Below, one piece after another: positions 44,259-54,962 of a stretch of DNA of 64,000 nucleotides. Numbering within the stretch: position 1 is the first letter of the stretch; each line of letters starts with the position of its first letter. A model generated the notes under the pieces. The model had not been told where the DNA came from and searched no databases. It worked only from the letters and a program-made list of their open reading frames with translations. This stretch comes from Armatimonadota bacterium (GTDB taxonomy: Bacteria > Armatimonadota > UBA10988), in contig JACRKZ010000026.1 of NCBI GenBank assembly GCA_016235455.1, forward strand, positions 1-64,000, given 5' to 3'. Position numbers and translations under genes: made by a program.

Positions 44259-45989
44259 GTGCGGTTATCTCAACTTCGCGTCCTTCCCTGCCTGGTGGTT
44301 GGCGTGATCGTCATCACCAGCTTGACAGCCGCCCCGCGCGGTCGCCAGGGCCGGGCCGCCGCGCAAGCGGTGCAGGCCGACGCTCCGGGTGAGTTGCCCG
44401 GGCCGCAGGCCGGGGCGGGCGTTTCGGCAGCCAAGCGGCTGCTGGACCGGCTCACGGCCAAGCAGCCGGTCACGGTGGTCTGCTTGGGCGACAGCATCAC
44501 CGACGGGTTCAACGTGCCCGACCCCAACCTCGATGGCTTCCCCGCCCTGCTGCGCCGCATGCTCGAGGAGCGCTGGGCCGGCGCCCAAGTCACCGTGCAC
44601 CGCAAGGGTGTGCCCGGCAACACCACCAACGATGCTCTGGCGCGGTTCGCCGACGACGTCTCACCGCTGGCGCCGAACCTGGTGGTACTGCAGTTCGGCG
44701 GCAACGACAAGGGTGTCGGCGACGGGCTCGCCAACCTGCCGCGCTACCAGCAGAACCTGCGCCGGCTGGTGGCCAACTGCGAGAAGATCGGCGCCGCCGC
44801 GCTGCTCTGCACACCGCCCATGCACGAGCCGGTGGTGGACATGCCGTTCCCCGTGGCCGCGCGCCGCGTGGCTCAGGATCTGCGGCTGCCCATCGCCGAC
44901 CTGGACACCGCGGTCAAGGCCGGCGGGTACGACTACCGCGGCCTGTTCCCGTACTTCGTCCACCCCCAGGAGCCGGGCCACGCCCAGATGGCCCTGGAGA
45001 TCTACCGCGCGCTGTGCAGCATGATGGGCATCCCCTTGACCAGCAGCGTGTCCATCGACGCCTCGGTGCGCGGCGACTGCAAGCTCGGCGGGTTCTCGTC
45101 GGTGCAGCTCCACGTGGCCAACAAGACCGAGGCGGTACGCCAGGCGACCTTGCGAGTCGACGCCATCAGCAGCTTCCAAGACGGTCCCGTGCCAGTGCCC
45201 GCGGGTGGCGAGACGTCGCGCTTCCTGCCCATCGCCCTGCCCCACACGCTGTCCGGCGGCCGCTCGCTGGAGTGGCCGCTGTGGGTCAGCGCCGACCTCG
45301 GCGGCGAGGTAGCCTTCGGGCTGGCGCGAATCACCGCGGTACCGGTGATGAGCTGCCCCAACGCCGCCCTGCAGGCCGCCAAGGTGCCGTTCGCGTCGTT
45401 GTCGTGGGCGCATCTCAGCGTCGGCTCGCAGATGGGCCGAAGCGACTGGAAGGGCGACCGTGACCTCTCGGCCAACATCTACCTGGCCTGCGACGAGGCC
45501 GCCCTGACCATCACCCTCGACGTCGCCGACGACATCGTCAAGACCGACGTGGCCATGCCCCTGGGCGATGGTGTGGAGGTCTACCTGGACCTGCGCGACG
45601 ACAACCAGCGCGGCAGGCCGTATTTCACCAAGCAGTGCGCCACGCTGTTCATCGGCGCCGGCTCGGCCGAGCAGCCGTCGACCATCGTCTCGCCGCCCGA
45701 CGACGAGACCGCGCCCGAGTTGCTGGCGCTCAAGCCCGTCTGCGTCGCCACGGCGCGCGGCTACCGCCTCACCCTGGCCATCCCCCGCACGGTACTCAAC
45801 ACCGTGGCCGGCAGACCACTCAAGTCGCTCGGACTCGACCTCGCCGTCGACGACTGCGACGGCACTCAGCGCAAACAACAGATGATGTGGCTCGGCCGTG
45901 GCGACAACTTCGTCAACCCGCGCCGCCTCGGCGAACTCCGCCTCGATCAGATGGTCGAGCCCGGCACCGTGCGCGTCACCGTGTTCTGA
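44259..45989 (+). CDS. Secreted SGNH/GDSL esterase fused to a CBM9-like sugar-binding domain
   Basis: GAGGAG RBS; LGDSIT, KGVPGNTT, QFGGND, VHP; C-terminal DLSA..DVADD..GDGVEVYLD..LGLDLAVDD. Confidence 0.83.
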   Translation: MRLSQLRVLPCLVVGVIVITSLTAAPRGRQGRAAAQAVQADAPGELPGPQAGAGVSAAKRLLDRLTAKQPVTVVCLGDSITDGFNVPDPNLDGFPALLRRMLEERWAGAQVTVHRKGVPGNTTNDALARFADDVSPLAPNLVVLQFGGNDKGVGDGLANLPRYQQNLRRLVANCEKIGAAALLCTPPMHEPVVDMPFPVAARRVAQDLRLPIADLDTAVKAGGYDYRGLFPYFVHPQEPGHAQMALEIYRALCSMMGIPLTSSVSIDASVRGDCKLGGFSSVQLHVANKTEAVRQATLRVDAISSFQDGPVPVPAGGETSRFLPIALPHTLSGGRSLEWPLWVSADLGGEVAFGLARITAVPVMSCPNAALQAAKVPFASLSWAHLSVGSQMGRSDWKGDRDLSANIYLACDEAALTITLDVADDIVKTDVAMPLGDGVEVYLDLRDDNQRGRPYFTKQCATLFIGAGSAEQPSTIVSPPDDETAPELLALKPVCVATARGYRLTLAIPRTVLNTVAGRPLKSLGLDLAVDDCDGTQRKQQMMWLGRGDNFVNPRRLGELRLDQMVEPGTVRVTVF

Positions 45990-46180
45990 CCACCCCTTGG
46001 CCAGACCACTCAACATAATCTGGTCGCATCTCACTCAAAATCGCCGCATTGGGTTCACGCTGCCGTAACGAATGACCTTCATACTACCCACTAGTGGCCG
46101 ATAGGATCAGTGAGAGGGTCCTATCCTTTGTCCGGACTGGATGGCTTGGCTCGGAGTGCGGTCGGCTAGTGAGGTGGAAC

Positions 46181-46387
46181 ATGGCACAGGCGACGTTGGC
46201 CAACGGACTGGTTCGCGAGTTGATGGTTGAGCTTGCGGAGGAGGACGCGCGTCGACATGCCGTCAATGGCGTGCTCTATGCGCGGAGTGCCACGTACCAA
46301 CAGACGTTGGACGGACTTCTGGGCGACCGAGGCAACTACGTGTCGCAACGGGCGGGGCAGTACCGTGTACTACCCCGGCCGGCCTGA
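46181..46387 (+). CDS. Small hypothetical protein (68 aa)
   Basis: GAGGTGG RBS before ATG 46181; followed by a strong intrinsic terminator. Confidence 0.6.
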   Translation: MAQATLANGLVRELMVELAEEDARRHAVNGVLYARSATYQQTLDGLLGDRGNYVSQRAGQYRVLPRPA

Positions 46388-46411
46388 TAGGGCGCGACCC
46401 GGATATACAGC

Positions 46412-46457
46412 AGGAGCCGACCCGCCGAGGCCAGCCTCGGCGGGTCGGCTCCTTTTT
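46412..46457 (+). terminator. Rho-independent terminator
   Basis: Perfect 19-bp stem AGGAGCCGACCCGCCGAGG / CCTCGGCGGGTCGGCTCCT, 4-nt loop, T-run. Confidence 0.88.
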
Positions 46458-46461
46458 GGCG

Positions 46462-48444
46462 TCACTGCTCGATGACGCGTACACCGAACGGCTCCATGGG
46501 GATCTGCTGGTCGAAGCGGTCGCCACTGAGCAGATCGACGCCGGCCAGCGGCGCCGTGAAGGTGCCGCCGACCCCCTCCAACTCGACCAGCACCGCGCCC
46601 TGACGGGACTCGCCACGGCGCTGGGCCAGAACCACGCGCGGGCCCGCGGTGGCCACCGGCGCCACGCCGCACTGGCGCAGCACCCAGTCCAGCCCCTGCG
46701 CCGGCAGCAGCGTGCCCAGCAGCACCACCCGGCCGCTCCCCACCGAGCGCATCGTGGCCGCGGCCAGGCCGCGTAGCGGGCCGCTCGACCAGAGCGCCAG
46801 TTCCTCGGCACCCCGCGCTTCGAAGCCGTCGGCCCACAGGCTGCCGGTCCACTCCTGACCGCCCGAGAGCCAACTCAGCTCGTGCTCCACCGGACCGCCA
46901 GGCACGGAGAACTTGGTGTAGACACCGGCCCACTCCTCCAGACTGCCGAACGGCGCATGGCGGTACTTACCCAGGTTGGCATCGCGCACGTCCGACAGCG
47001 GACCGATGACGAGCGTGCCGCCGGCCTCCACCCAAGCGACCAGCCGCGCGCGCAGGCCGTCCTCGTCGAGGTTGTAGAGGAACGGCACGACCAGCGTCTG
47101 GTAACCGCTCAGGTCGGTGCTGGGCGTGACGACGTCCGGCCGGTACTGCGCCTCCAGCAGCGGCCGATGGATGCGCTCGACGATGGTCCCCACGTAGTCG
47201 AATCCGGCGGCGATGGGCAGGTACTGATTCCAGCGCGCGGTGCGCGTGCTGAACATCACACCCAGTCCGCTGCTGACCACCTCTGTCTCGGCCAGGAAGT
47301 CCGAGGCGGCACGGTAGCCGTCGGCGATCTCGCGTACTTCGGCGAACATGCTCAGCGGCCGGCCGCAACTGGACACCACGGCGCCGTGCATTTGCTCGTG
47401 GCCCGTCCAGTGCTGTCGCCACAGCCAGTAGAGGTTGGCCTCGCCGCCCAGCGCGATGGGCAGCCAGCTGTTGGCCCGGCACCAGCCCGGCGGCTTGTTG
47501 CCGCCATTGACCGCCACGCTGCCGTTCCAGCCCGTCTGCGTCTCGGTGTTCCAGAAGGGCACGGTCGGCTTGATGCCGCGCATGTAGTCGAACCAGAACG
47601 CCGCCACATGCAGCGTGCGCTCGTCGTTGTAGTGGTTGTACTGCACCAGGTCGAGCACGCGGTTGGCGGCGACATGGTCCACACCAATCAGCGGCATCAT
47701 GTCGGTGCCTACCGGCGCCTTGGTGTGGCGGTGCAGGATGTGCGCCTGGTGCGCCACGAAGTCGACATAGGAGTCGCTGGCGAACTCCGCCCACTCGGCC
47801 AGCAGGCTGGGATGATGCCAGACGACACGGTTGGGCACGGGCACCTGCTCGAACGAGTCGTAGGCCTGGCTCCAGAGGCTCAGGCACCAGGCCTGGTTGA
47901 GCGCCTCGACTGTGCCGAAGCGGGCGGCGAGCCGCTCGGCGAACCGCGCGCGACAGACCGGGCAGCAGCACGACCGCGCCGGCCAGGGCGCGCCCATGGG
48001 ATGCACCTCGTTGTCGATCTGCCAGCCGATGACATTCGGGTCGGCGCCAAACTCCTCGCCCATCTTGGTCACGATGCGCGCGCAGTGGTCGCGGTAGACC
48101 GGGCTGTTGGGGCAGCAATGGCAGCGTGAGCCGTGCCCGGGCCGCCGCCCCTCGTCGGTGACGAACAGCACTTCGGGGTAGCGCTCGGTCAGCCACGCCG
48201 GCGGCGTGGCCGAGGGCGTGCCCAGAATGGAGCCGATGCCCGCGGCGCCGAGCTTGTCCACAGCCTCGTGCAGCCAGCCGAACTCGAACTGGCCCTGGCG
48301 CGGCTCCATCGTGCTCCAGGCGAACTCGGCCAGGCGCATGACATTCATGCCGGCTTCGAGCATCAGCGCGATGTCGGCGTCAATCTGCTCGCGCGGCCAG
48401 TCTTCGGGGTAGTAAGCGGCACCCAGGTACGGTGGTCGGGGCAT
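46462..48444 (-). CDS. Beta-galactosidase, GH42 family
   Basis: LGAAYYPEDW, RLAEFAWS, TPSATPPAW, WQIDNE, WNTETQ, EQMHGAV. Confidence 0.92.
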   Translation of the reverse strand: MPRPPYLGAAYYPEDWPREQIDADIALMLEAGMNVMRLAEFAWSTMEPRQGQFEFGWLHEAVDKLGAAGIGSILGTPSATPPAWLTERYPEVLFVTDEGRRPGHGSRCHCCPNSPVYRDHCARIVTKMGEEFGADPNVIGWQIDNEVHPMGAPWPARSCCCPVCRARFAERLAARFGTVEALNQAWCLSLWSQAYDSFEQVPVPNRVVWHHPSLLAEWAEFASDSYVDFVAHQAHILHRHTKAPVGTDMMPLIGVDHVAANRVLDLVQYNHYNDERTLHVAAFWFDYMRGIKPTVPFWNTETQTGWNGSVAVNGGNKPPGWCRANSWLPIALGGEANLYWLWRQHWTGHEQMHGAVVSSCGRPLSMFAEVREIADGYRAASDFLAETEVVSSGLGVMFSTRTARWNQYLPIAAGFDYVGTIVERIHRPLLEAQYRPDVVTPSTDLSGYQTLVVPFLYNLDEDGLRARLVAWVEAGGTLVIGPLSDVRDANLGKYRHAPFGSLEEWAGVYTKFSVPGGPVEHELSWLSGGQEWTGSLWADGFEARGAEELALWSSGPLRGLAAATMRSVGSGRVVLLGTLLPAQGLDWVLRQCGVAPVATAGPRVVLAQRRGESRQGAVLVELEGVGGTFTAPLAGVDLLSGDRFDQQIPMEPFGVRVIEQ

Positions 48445-48460
48445 GGTCGGGTCTCCACAG

Positions 48461-49231
48461 CTAGGGTTCGGGCTCGTCGGCCAGCTGTTCGATGATGGCC
48501 AGCGCCCGCGGTTCAGCGTCGAGGAAGCAGCGCACCGCCGACCGCAGCGCCGCGGCCACCGGCCGGGCCAACATCGGCGGCATGCGCAGCGTGGTCAGGT
48601 CGAGCTCGTAGGCGTCGGGCCGCAGCAGCCGCCGCATGGCACGCACCGCCTCGGGCGACACACTGGTGGCCTGAGCCGAGCCGCCGTGGCGCGCGTGGAT
48701 CAGCCCGCCAGCGGGCGCATCGAACAGCGCTGCCTCATCGCCCAACGGCAGCGCGCAGTGCGCGCAGCGGTCGAGCACCGGCTCCAGCCCCAGTTCGGCG
48801 AGGAGTTGCAGCTCGAAGCTGTGCATGACCACGCGCGGCTCGAGCGCGGTGGTCAGCGCGGCCAGGCTGGCCAGGAGCAGGTCGAACAGCGTCGGCTGCG
48901 GCTCGTGATCGGGGATGGCCAGGTCGGCCAGCTCGACCAGATAGGCGGCGCGCGCCGACCGGTCGAGGTCGGCGCGAAGGTCGTAGAAGGTCTCTTCGAG
49001 CTGCGCCTGCGCCAGAACGGGCAGTCCGCCGTGATCGCCGCGCGTGGCCAGCTGCACGCGCGACAACGCAAACAGCTGGCAGACAGGCGCCTGGCGCGAC
49101 TTGGGCTTGCGGACACCCCGGGCCACGGCCGCGAGCTTGCCCGCCTCTCGGGTGAGGAGGGTGACGATGAGGTCCGACTCGCCCTGCTCGCGGCGGCGCA
49201 GGCAGAGCGCGAGTTGGTTACTCGTCGGCAT
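48461..49231 (-). CDS. recO: DNA repair protein RecO
   Basis: GESDLIVTLLTREAGKLAAVARGVRKPKSR, FELQLLAELGLEPVLDRCAHC. Confidence 0.92.
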   Translation of the reverse strand: MPTSNQLALCLRRREQGESDLIVTLLTREAGKLAAVARGVRKPKSRQAPVCQLFALSRVQLATRGDHGGLPVLAQAQLEETFYDLRADLDRSARAAYLVELADLAIPDHEPQPTLFDLLLASLAALTTALEPRVVMHSFELQLLAELGLEPVLDRCAHCALPLGDEAALFDAPAGGLIHARHGGSAQATSVSPEAVRAMRRLLRPDAYELDLTTLRMPPMLARPVAAALRSAVRCFLDAEPRALAIIEQLADEPEP

Positions 49232-50039
49232 CGGCCGCCGACTCGTCGTCGTCGACCTCCATCTCGGGCTCTTCGACCACAGCGGCCGCAGCGGCGGCCG
49301 GCGTCGTGCGGCGGCGGCGGCGGCGGCGGCCGAAGGTGTCGTCATCCTCCTCGGGCGCTTCGTCCACGATGGTCACGGCGGCCGACGAGCCGATGCGGTT
49401 GGCCCCCGCGTCGAGCATCTTGACCGCGTCGCGCAGCGTGCCGATACCGGCCGAGGCCTTGACGCCGATCTCGCGGCCAACCACGGCGCGCACCTTGCGA
49501 ATGTCGTCCAGCGTCGCGCCGCGCGGGCCCCAGCCCGAGCAGGTCTTGATGAAATCGACTCCGGCGTCGCGGCCGATCTCGCAGGCCACGCGCAACTCCT
49601 CATCGGTCAGGAACCCGGTCTCCACGGTCAGCTTGACCATGATCTCGCCCGACCCCTCCTGGGTCAGGCGCGAGGCCTGGGCCACATTGACCACCTCTTG
49701 GATGTCCTGACGCGCGGTGCGGTACTTGCGCGACTTGACGGCCCCGAGGTTGATCATGACGTCCAACTCGGTGGCGCCGCCGGCAATGCAACCTTTGGCC
49801 TCGATGACTTTGGTGGCAATCGTCGTGGTGCCAAACGGGTAACCCACGGGCGCGCACACTTTCACGTCGGTGCCACGAAGTTCGCGAGCCACCACGCGTA
49901 CCCAATAGGGTTGCACTACCACGGCCGCGAAATGATAACGCAGCGCCGTGGCGGCGATCTCCAACACCTCGTCCTTGCCTAGATCGGGCCGCATAGCGGT
50001 AAAGTCGATCATCTTGGCCAGCATTTTGCGCGAGAACAT
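49218..50039 (-). CDS. deoC: Deoxyribose-phosphate aldolase with an unusual C-terminal tail
   Basis: VGYPFG, GATELDVMIN, KLTVETGFL, DFIKT, GVKASAGI, AGANRIGSS. Confidence 0.88.
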   Translation of the reverse strand: MFSRKMLAKMIDFTAMRPDLGKDEVLEIAATALRYHFAAVVVQPYWVRVVARELRGTDVKVCAPVGYPFGTTTIATKVIEAKGCIAGGATELDVMINLGAVKSRKYRTARQDIQEVVNVAQASRLTQEGSGEIMVKLTVETGFLTDEELRVACEIGRDAGVDFIKTCSGWGPRGATLDDIRKVRAVVGREIGVKASAGIGTLRDAVKMLDAGANRIGSSAAVTIVDEAPEEDDDTFGRRRRRRRTTPAAAAAAVVEEPEMEVDDDESAADADE

Positions 50040-50133
50040 ACGCTCGTCTCCGCGACCCCTCACCCGAAAAACCACCTACGGGTCTGCTTCGTTCGGGCAG
50101 TCGGGATCCTTTCCTTCTAGTGCCAACACGACT

Positions 50134-50934
50134 CTATGAGATAATCGTACCGGCTTTTAACTCCCGGATCATCGTCTCGGCCGCCGCGACGCGTGCGTCG
50201 CTGTCGGCCGCGGCCGCCAGGCGGTCCACCAGAGCCGAGCCCACCACGGCGCCATCGGCCACGGCACATACTTGCGCCACCTGTTGGGCGGTCGCAATGC
50301 CGAAGCCGACGGCAATGGGCACCGCCGTCTGCGCACGAATGCCGGCCACCAGGTCGGCCAGTTCGGTCGGCACCGACGACTGCACGCCGGTCACGCCGCG
50401 TCGGGAGATAAGATAGATGAAACCCGTGGCCCGCGCCGCCGCCAGCCGGATGCGCTCCGGCGACGAAGTGGGCGCCAACAGGTAGATGGTCTCGACGCCA
50501 TGCGCGTCGGCCGCGGCCTGCCAGTCGTCGGCCTCTTCGGGCGGCAGATCGGTGATCAGCACGCCATCGACGCCCGACTGCGCGCAGTCGACGGCGAAGC
50601 GTTCCAGGCCGTAGCGCCAGACCAGGTTGAACGGCACCATGTAGATGAGCCCGCAGCCGAGCCCGGCGCGAGCCTGCGCCACGGTCGCCATGACGCCATG
50701 CGGCGTCGTGCCGGCGGCCAGCGCGCGATGGCTGGCCCGCTGGATGGTCGGGCCGTCCATCAGCGGGTCGGAGAACGGCACGCCAATCTCGATGATGTCG
50801 GCGCCGCCCGCGGCCAACGCCGGCAGCAGGGCCGCCGTCGCCGCCAGGTCGGGGTCGCCCGCCGTGATATAGGGCACGAGCACGCGCTCACCGCGCGCCG
50901 CACAGGCCTCGAAGATGCTCTGCAACCGTCCCAC
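50134..50934 (-). CDS. trpA: Tryptophan synthase alpha chain
   Basis: YITAGDP, IEIGVPFSDPLMDGPTIQ, DLPPEE, GVTG, VGFGI, DGAVVGSA. Confidence 0.96.
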   Translation of the reverse strand: MGRLQSIFEACAARGERVLVPYITAGDPDLAATAALLPALAAGGADIIEIGVPFSDPLMDGPTIQRASHRALAAGTTPHGVMATVAQARAGLGCGLIYMVPFNLVWRYGLERFAVDCAQSGVDGVLITDLPPEEADDWQAAADAHGVETIYLLAPTSSPERIRLAAARATGFIYLISRRGVTGVQSSVPTELADLVAGIRAQTAVPIAVGFGIATAQQVAQVCAVADGAVVGSALVDRLAAAADSDARVAAAETMIRELKAGTIIS

Positions 50935-50938
50935 GAGC

Positions 50939-52173
<1,235 letters not shown>

Positions 52174-52174
<1 letters not shown>

Positions 52175-52836
52175 CACTCCATCCTCCGCACGACTGAGGC
52201 GAAGGCTGCCATCAGGCCCGCGTCCTTGACGCCGGGCGACGACTCCACGCCACTGGCCACGTCGACCGCATAGGGCCGCACGCGCTCGATTGCTTGCACC
52301 ACATTGTGCTCGGTCAGACCGCCCGCGAGCAAGAGCGGTATATGACCCAACGTGTCACGTACCGTCGCCGCTTCAGCCCAATCCGCCACCTGACCGGTAC
52401 CACCGTGCTGACCGGGCACCGCCGCGTCGAGCAGCAGCGCCGCCACATACGGCAGTCGCTCGGCCACGCGCGCCAGCGTCTCGCCCGGCGCGGCCGGCAC
52501 GGCCAGGATGACCCGCAGGTCGCCCAACCGCCGCAGCAGTTCCACCGGCACGTCGCCGTGCAGTTGCACCGTGCGCGTGTTGACCGCCTCGGCCGCGGCG
52601 CGAATGCGCGCTTCGTCGGCCGACACCAGCAGCGCCACGCGGTCGACCCACAGCGGCACACCGGCGGCCAATTCGGCGGCCTGCGCCAAGCTCACACTTC
52701 GCGCGCTGGGCGCGTGGAAGTTGAAGCCCACCGCGTCGGCCCCAGCCGCCACGGCCGCCGCCACGGCATCGGCGCTGCGGAAGCCGCAGAACTTGACCCG
52801 GGTGGCGCCAGCCACGCGCGGAGTCGTGCCGTTCAT
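52174..52836 (-). CDS. trpF: Phosphoribosylanthranilate isomerase
   Basis: [32 protein letters not shown]. Confidence 0.95.
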
Positions 52837-53630
52837 GAGCAGCCCGCTCCGACCAGCGCCCGCGTCGCCGCCAGCACATCGGGCTGGCGCATGAGCGCCT
52901 CACCGACCAGCATGGCCTGGACGCCATGCGTGCGCAGCAGCGCCACATCGTCCGCGGTGCGAATGCCGCTCTCGGAGACCACCACGCGGTCCGCGGGGAT
53001 CAGCGCCCGCAACTCGACCGTCGTGGCCAGATCGGTGCGGAAGACGCGCAGATCCCGGTTGTTGATGCCTACTAGCTTAGCTCCCGCGTCAACCGCTGCC
53101 ATAGTCTCTTCGGCGCTGTGCACCTCAACCAGGGCGGTCAACCCCAGATCACGCGCGCAACCCATGAGTTCCGCCAGTCGGGCCGGCGCCAGGATCGCAG
53201 CGATCAGCAGGACCGCATCAGCACCCCAAGCGCGCGCCTCAAGCAACTGGTACTCGTCGAGCGTGAAATCCTTACGCAGAATCGGCAGGTCCACCACGCC
53301 GCGCACAGCGCGGAGGTAGTCGGCCGAGCCCTGGAACCAACGTTCATCGGTCAATACCGACAGGCAGGCGGCACCACCGGCCGCGTAGGCCTGGGCGATG
53401 GCCACGGCGTCGAAGTCGGGCCGGATGAGCCCCGCCGACGGGCTGGCCTTCTTGACCTCGGCGATGAGCCGCACCTGACCCGGCCGGCACAGCGCCGCGG
53501 CGAAGTCGCGCGGGGCCGGCAAGCCGGCGATGACCGCGCGCAATTGAGCGGCGGGCACGGCGGCTTGGGCCGCGGCAAGCTCGTCGTGCTTGCCGGCTAC
53601 GATACGGTCCAGAATAGTGGGTTCAGCCAT
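52833..53630 (-). CDS. trpC: Indole-3-glycerol phosphate synthase
   Basis: LIAEVKKASPSAG, SVLTD, LRKDF, GADAVLLI, VGINNRDL, VSESGI, LVGEALM. Confidence 0.96.
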   Translation of the reverse strand: MAEPTILDRIVAGKHDELAAAQAAVPAAQLRAVIAGLPAPRDFAAALCRPGQVRLIAEVKKASPSAGLIRPDFDAVAIAQAYAAGGAACLSVLTDERWFQGSADYLRAVRGVVDLPILRKDFTLDEYQLLEARAWGADAVLLIAAILAPARLAELMGCARDLGLTALVEVHSAEETMAAVDAGAKLVGINNRDLRVFRTDLATTVELRALIPADRVVVSESGIRTADDVALLRTHGVQAMLVGEALMRQPDVLAATRALVGAGCS

Positions 53631-53759
53631 GGCGTTATACGGAAGGGAGTGAGTATACCAGAAGGCGGCGCCGCGTAGTACCGACGGGAGTCGGCGCCAG
53701 CCGCCCACAGCAACCCCGCCGCCTGCTAGAATGGCGGCAACCGCGGAGTGAACCGACTG

Positions 53760-54908
53760 ATGACACGCACAAGGGGACGACTGTTCGCGTTGCTGGCCGC
53801 TCTCTGCGCCCTGCCGAGCCATGCCGCGCCCGCGCCGCCAGCCCTGCACGACCAGGTGGCGCGCGTGCTGGTCTGTGACTGGGTGGTGACCGGCGCCGGC
53901 ACACCGCGCTACTGGATGGGCCCGCTGCAGGGCGAGGTGCTGACCCGCAGATTGCGGCTGTCGCGCCATCTGCTCATCACCGACGCCTTCTCTTCGCGCC
54001 GCGCCGATCTCGGCACGGCGGTCACCGACATCGAGACGCTGACCGTCAAGCTGGCGGCGCTGGGCAAGCAGTTCGCGGCCGAGTACGTGTTGAGCGGGCT
54101 GATCGAGGACTGCGGTGACAAGCTGAAGATCCAGCCCGTGGTGCTGCTCAAAGGCAACCCCAAGCTGTTCGCGCCGACGGTCATGGAAGTCCCGGTGGCC
54201 GATGCCCTCAAGCCGCAAGTGGAGGTCGTCGTCGGTCGGTTCGTGCGGCAGATGGGGCTCAAGCTCAACCCCGACGAGTTCAAGGCCATGCAGGCCTACC
54301 AGCCGTCGGCTGTACCAGAGGCGCTGGAGCTGGTCGGCACCGGCTGGCGCGCCTGGCAGCCCGACGCGAGCGCCCTGGCGGTGACCAAGTGGCGCGAGGC
54401 GCTCCGGCTCGACCCGCGCTGCTCGCTGGCCGCCGATGCGCTGGCCCAGGCTTCGTTGGCCCAGCGGCGCGCGCTCCTGGACGAGGCCAAAGCGCTCTGC
54501 ATCAAGCAGGTGGCCGACCGGCCCGACGATCCGGACGCGCACTACCAGCTCGGCCTGGTGTTCGCCGACGCCGGCAACTGGCGCGACGCGGCAACCTGCT
54601 ACCAGCGCGCGATCGGCTTCAAGACAACGCATCTGGAGGCACGACTCGGGTTGGGCGTGGCCTACATGCAGCAGAACCAGATCGCCCAGGCGCTCGACCA
54701 GTTCAAGGCCATCAACGACTTCGACCACTCCAACCGCAAGGCACTGTACAACGCCGGATTGTGCTATGCGCGTCAGGGCGAGATGAAGGAAGCGCTGGAC
54801 CTGTGGGCCTTGGGCAGCAAGCAGTTCCCCGACGATCCCATCTTCCGCGCGGCCATCGAGCAGATCAACAAGGCCGGCACCAACCCCATGCTCGACGGCT
54901 TGCAGTAG
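53760..54908 (+). CDS. Secreted tetratricopeptide repeat protein
   Basis: Signal peptide; TPR units AHYQLGLVF..YQRAI, ARLGLGVAY, ALYNAGLCY. Confidence 0.85.
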   Translation: MTRTRGRLFALLAALCALPSHAAPAPPALHDQVARVLVCDWVVTGAGTPRYWMGPLQGEVLTRRLRLSRHLLITDAFSSRRADLGTAVTDIETLTVKLAALGKQFAAEYVLSGLIEDCGDKLKIQPVVLLKGNPKLFAPTVMEVPVADALKPQVEVVVGRFVRQMGLKLNPDEFKAMQAYQPSAVPEALELVGTGWRAWQPDASALAVTKWREALRLDPRCSLAADALAQASLAQRRALLDEAKALCIKQVADRPDDPDAHYQLGLVFADAGNWRDAATCYQRAIGFKTTHLEARLGLGVAYMQQNQIAQALDQFKAINDFDHSNRKALYNAGLCYARQGEMKEALDLWALGSKQFPDDPIFRAAIEQINKAGTNPMLDGLQ

Positions 54909-54962
54909 CCTTGACGAGCCCTGATGACGGCGCCTAGACTAGCCCCGCGAGGTGACCAGACG

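Noticed and set aside
53631-53759. trp attenuator, leader peptide or T-box
   Set aside because: No SD-led Trp-codon peptide, terminator or T-box motif; the likely promoter is about 20 nt from the trpC start.
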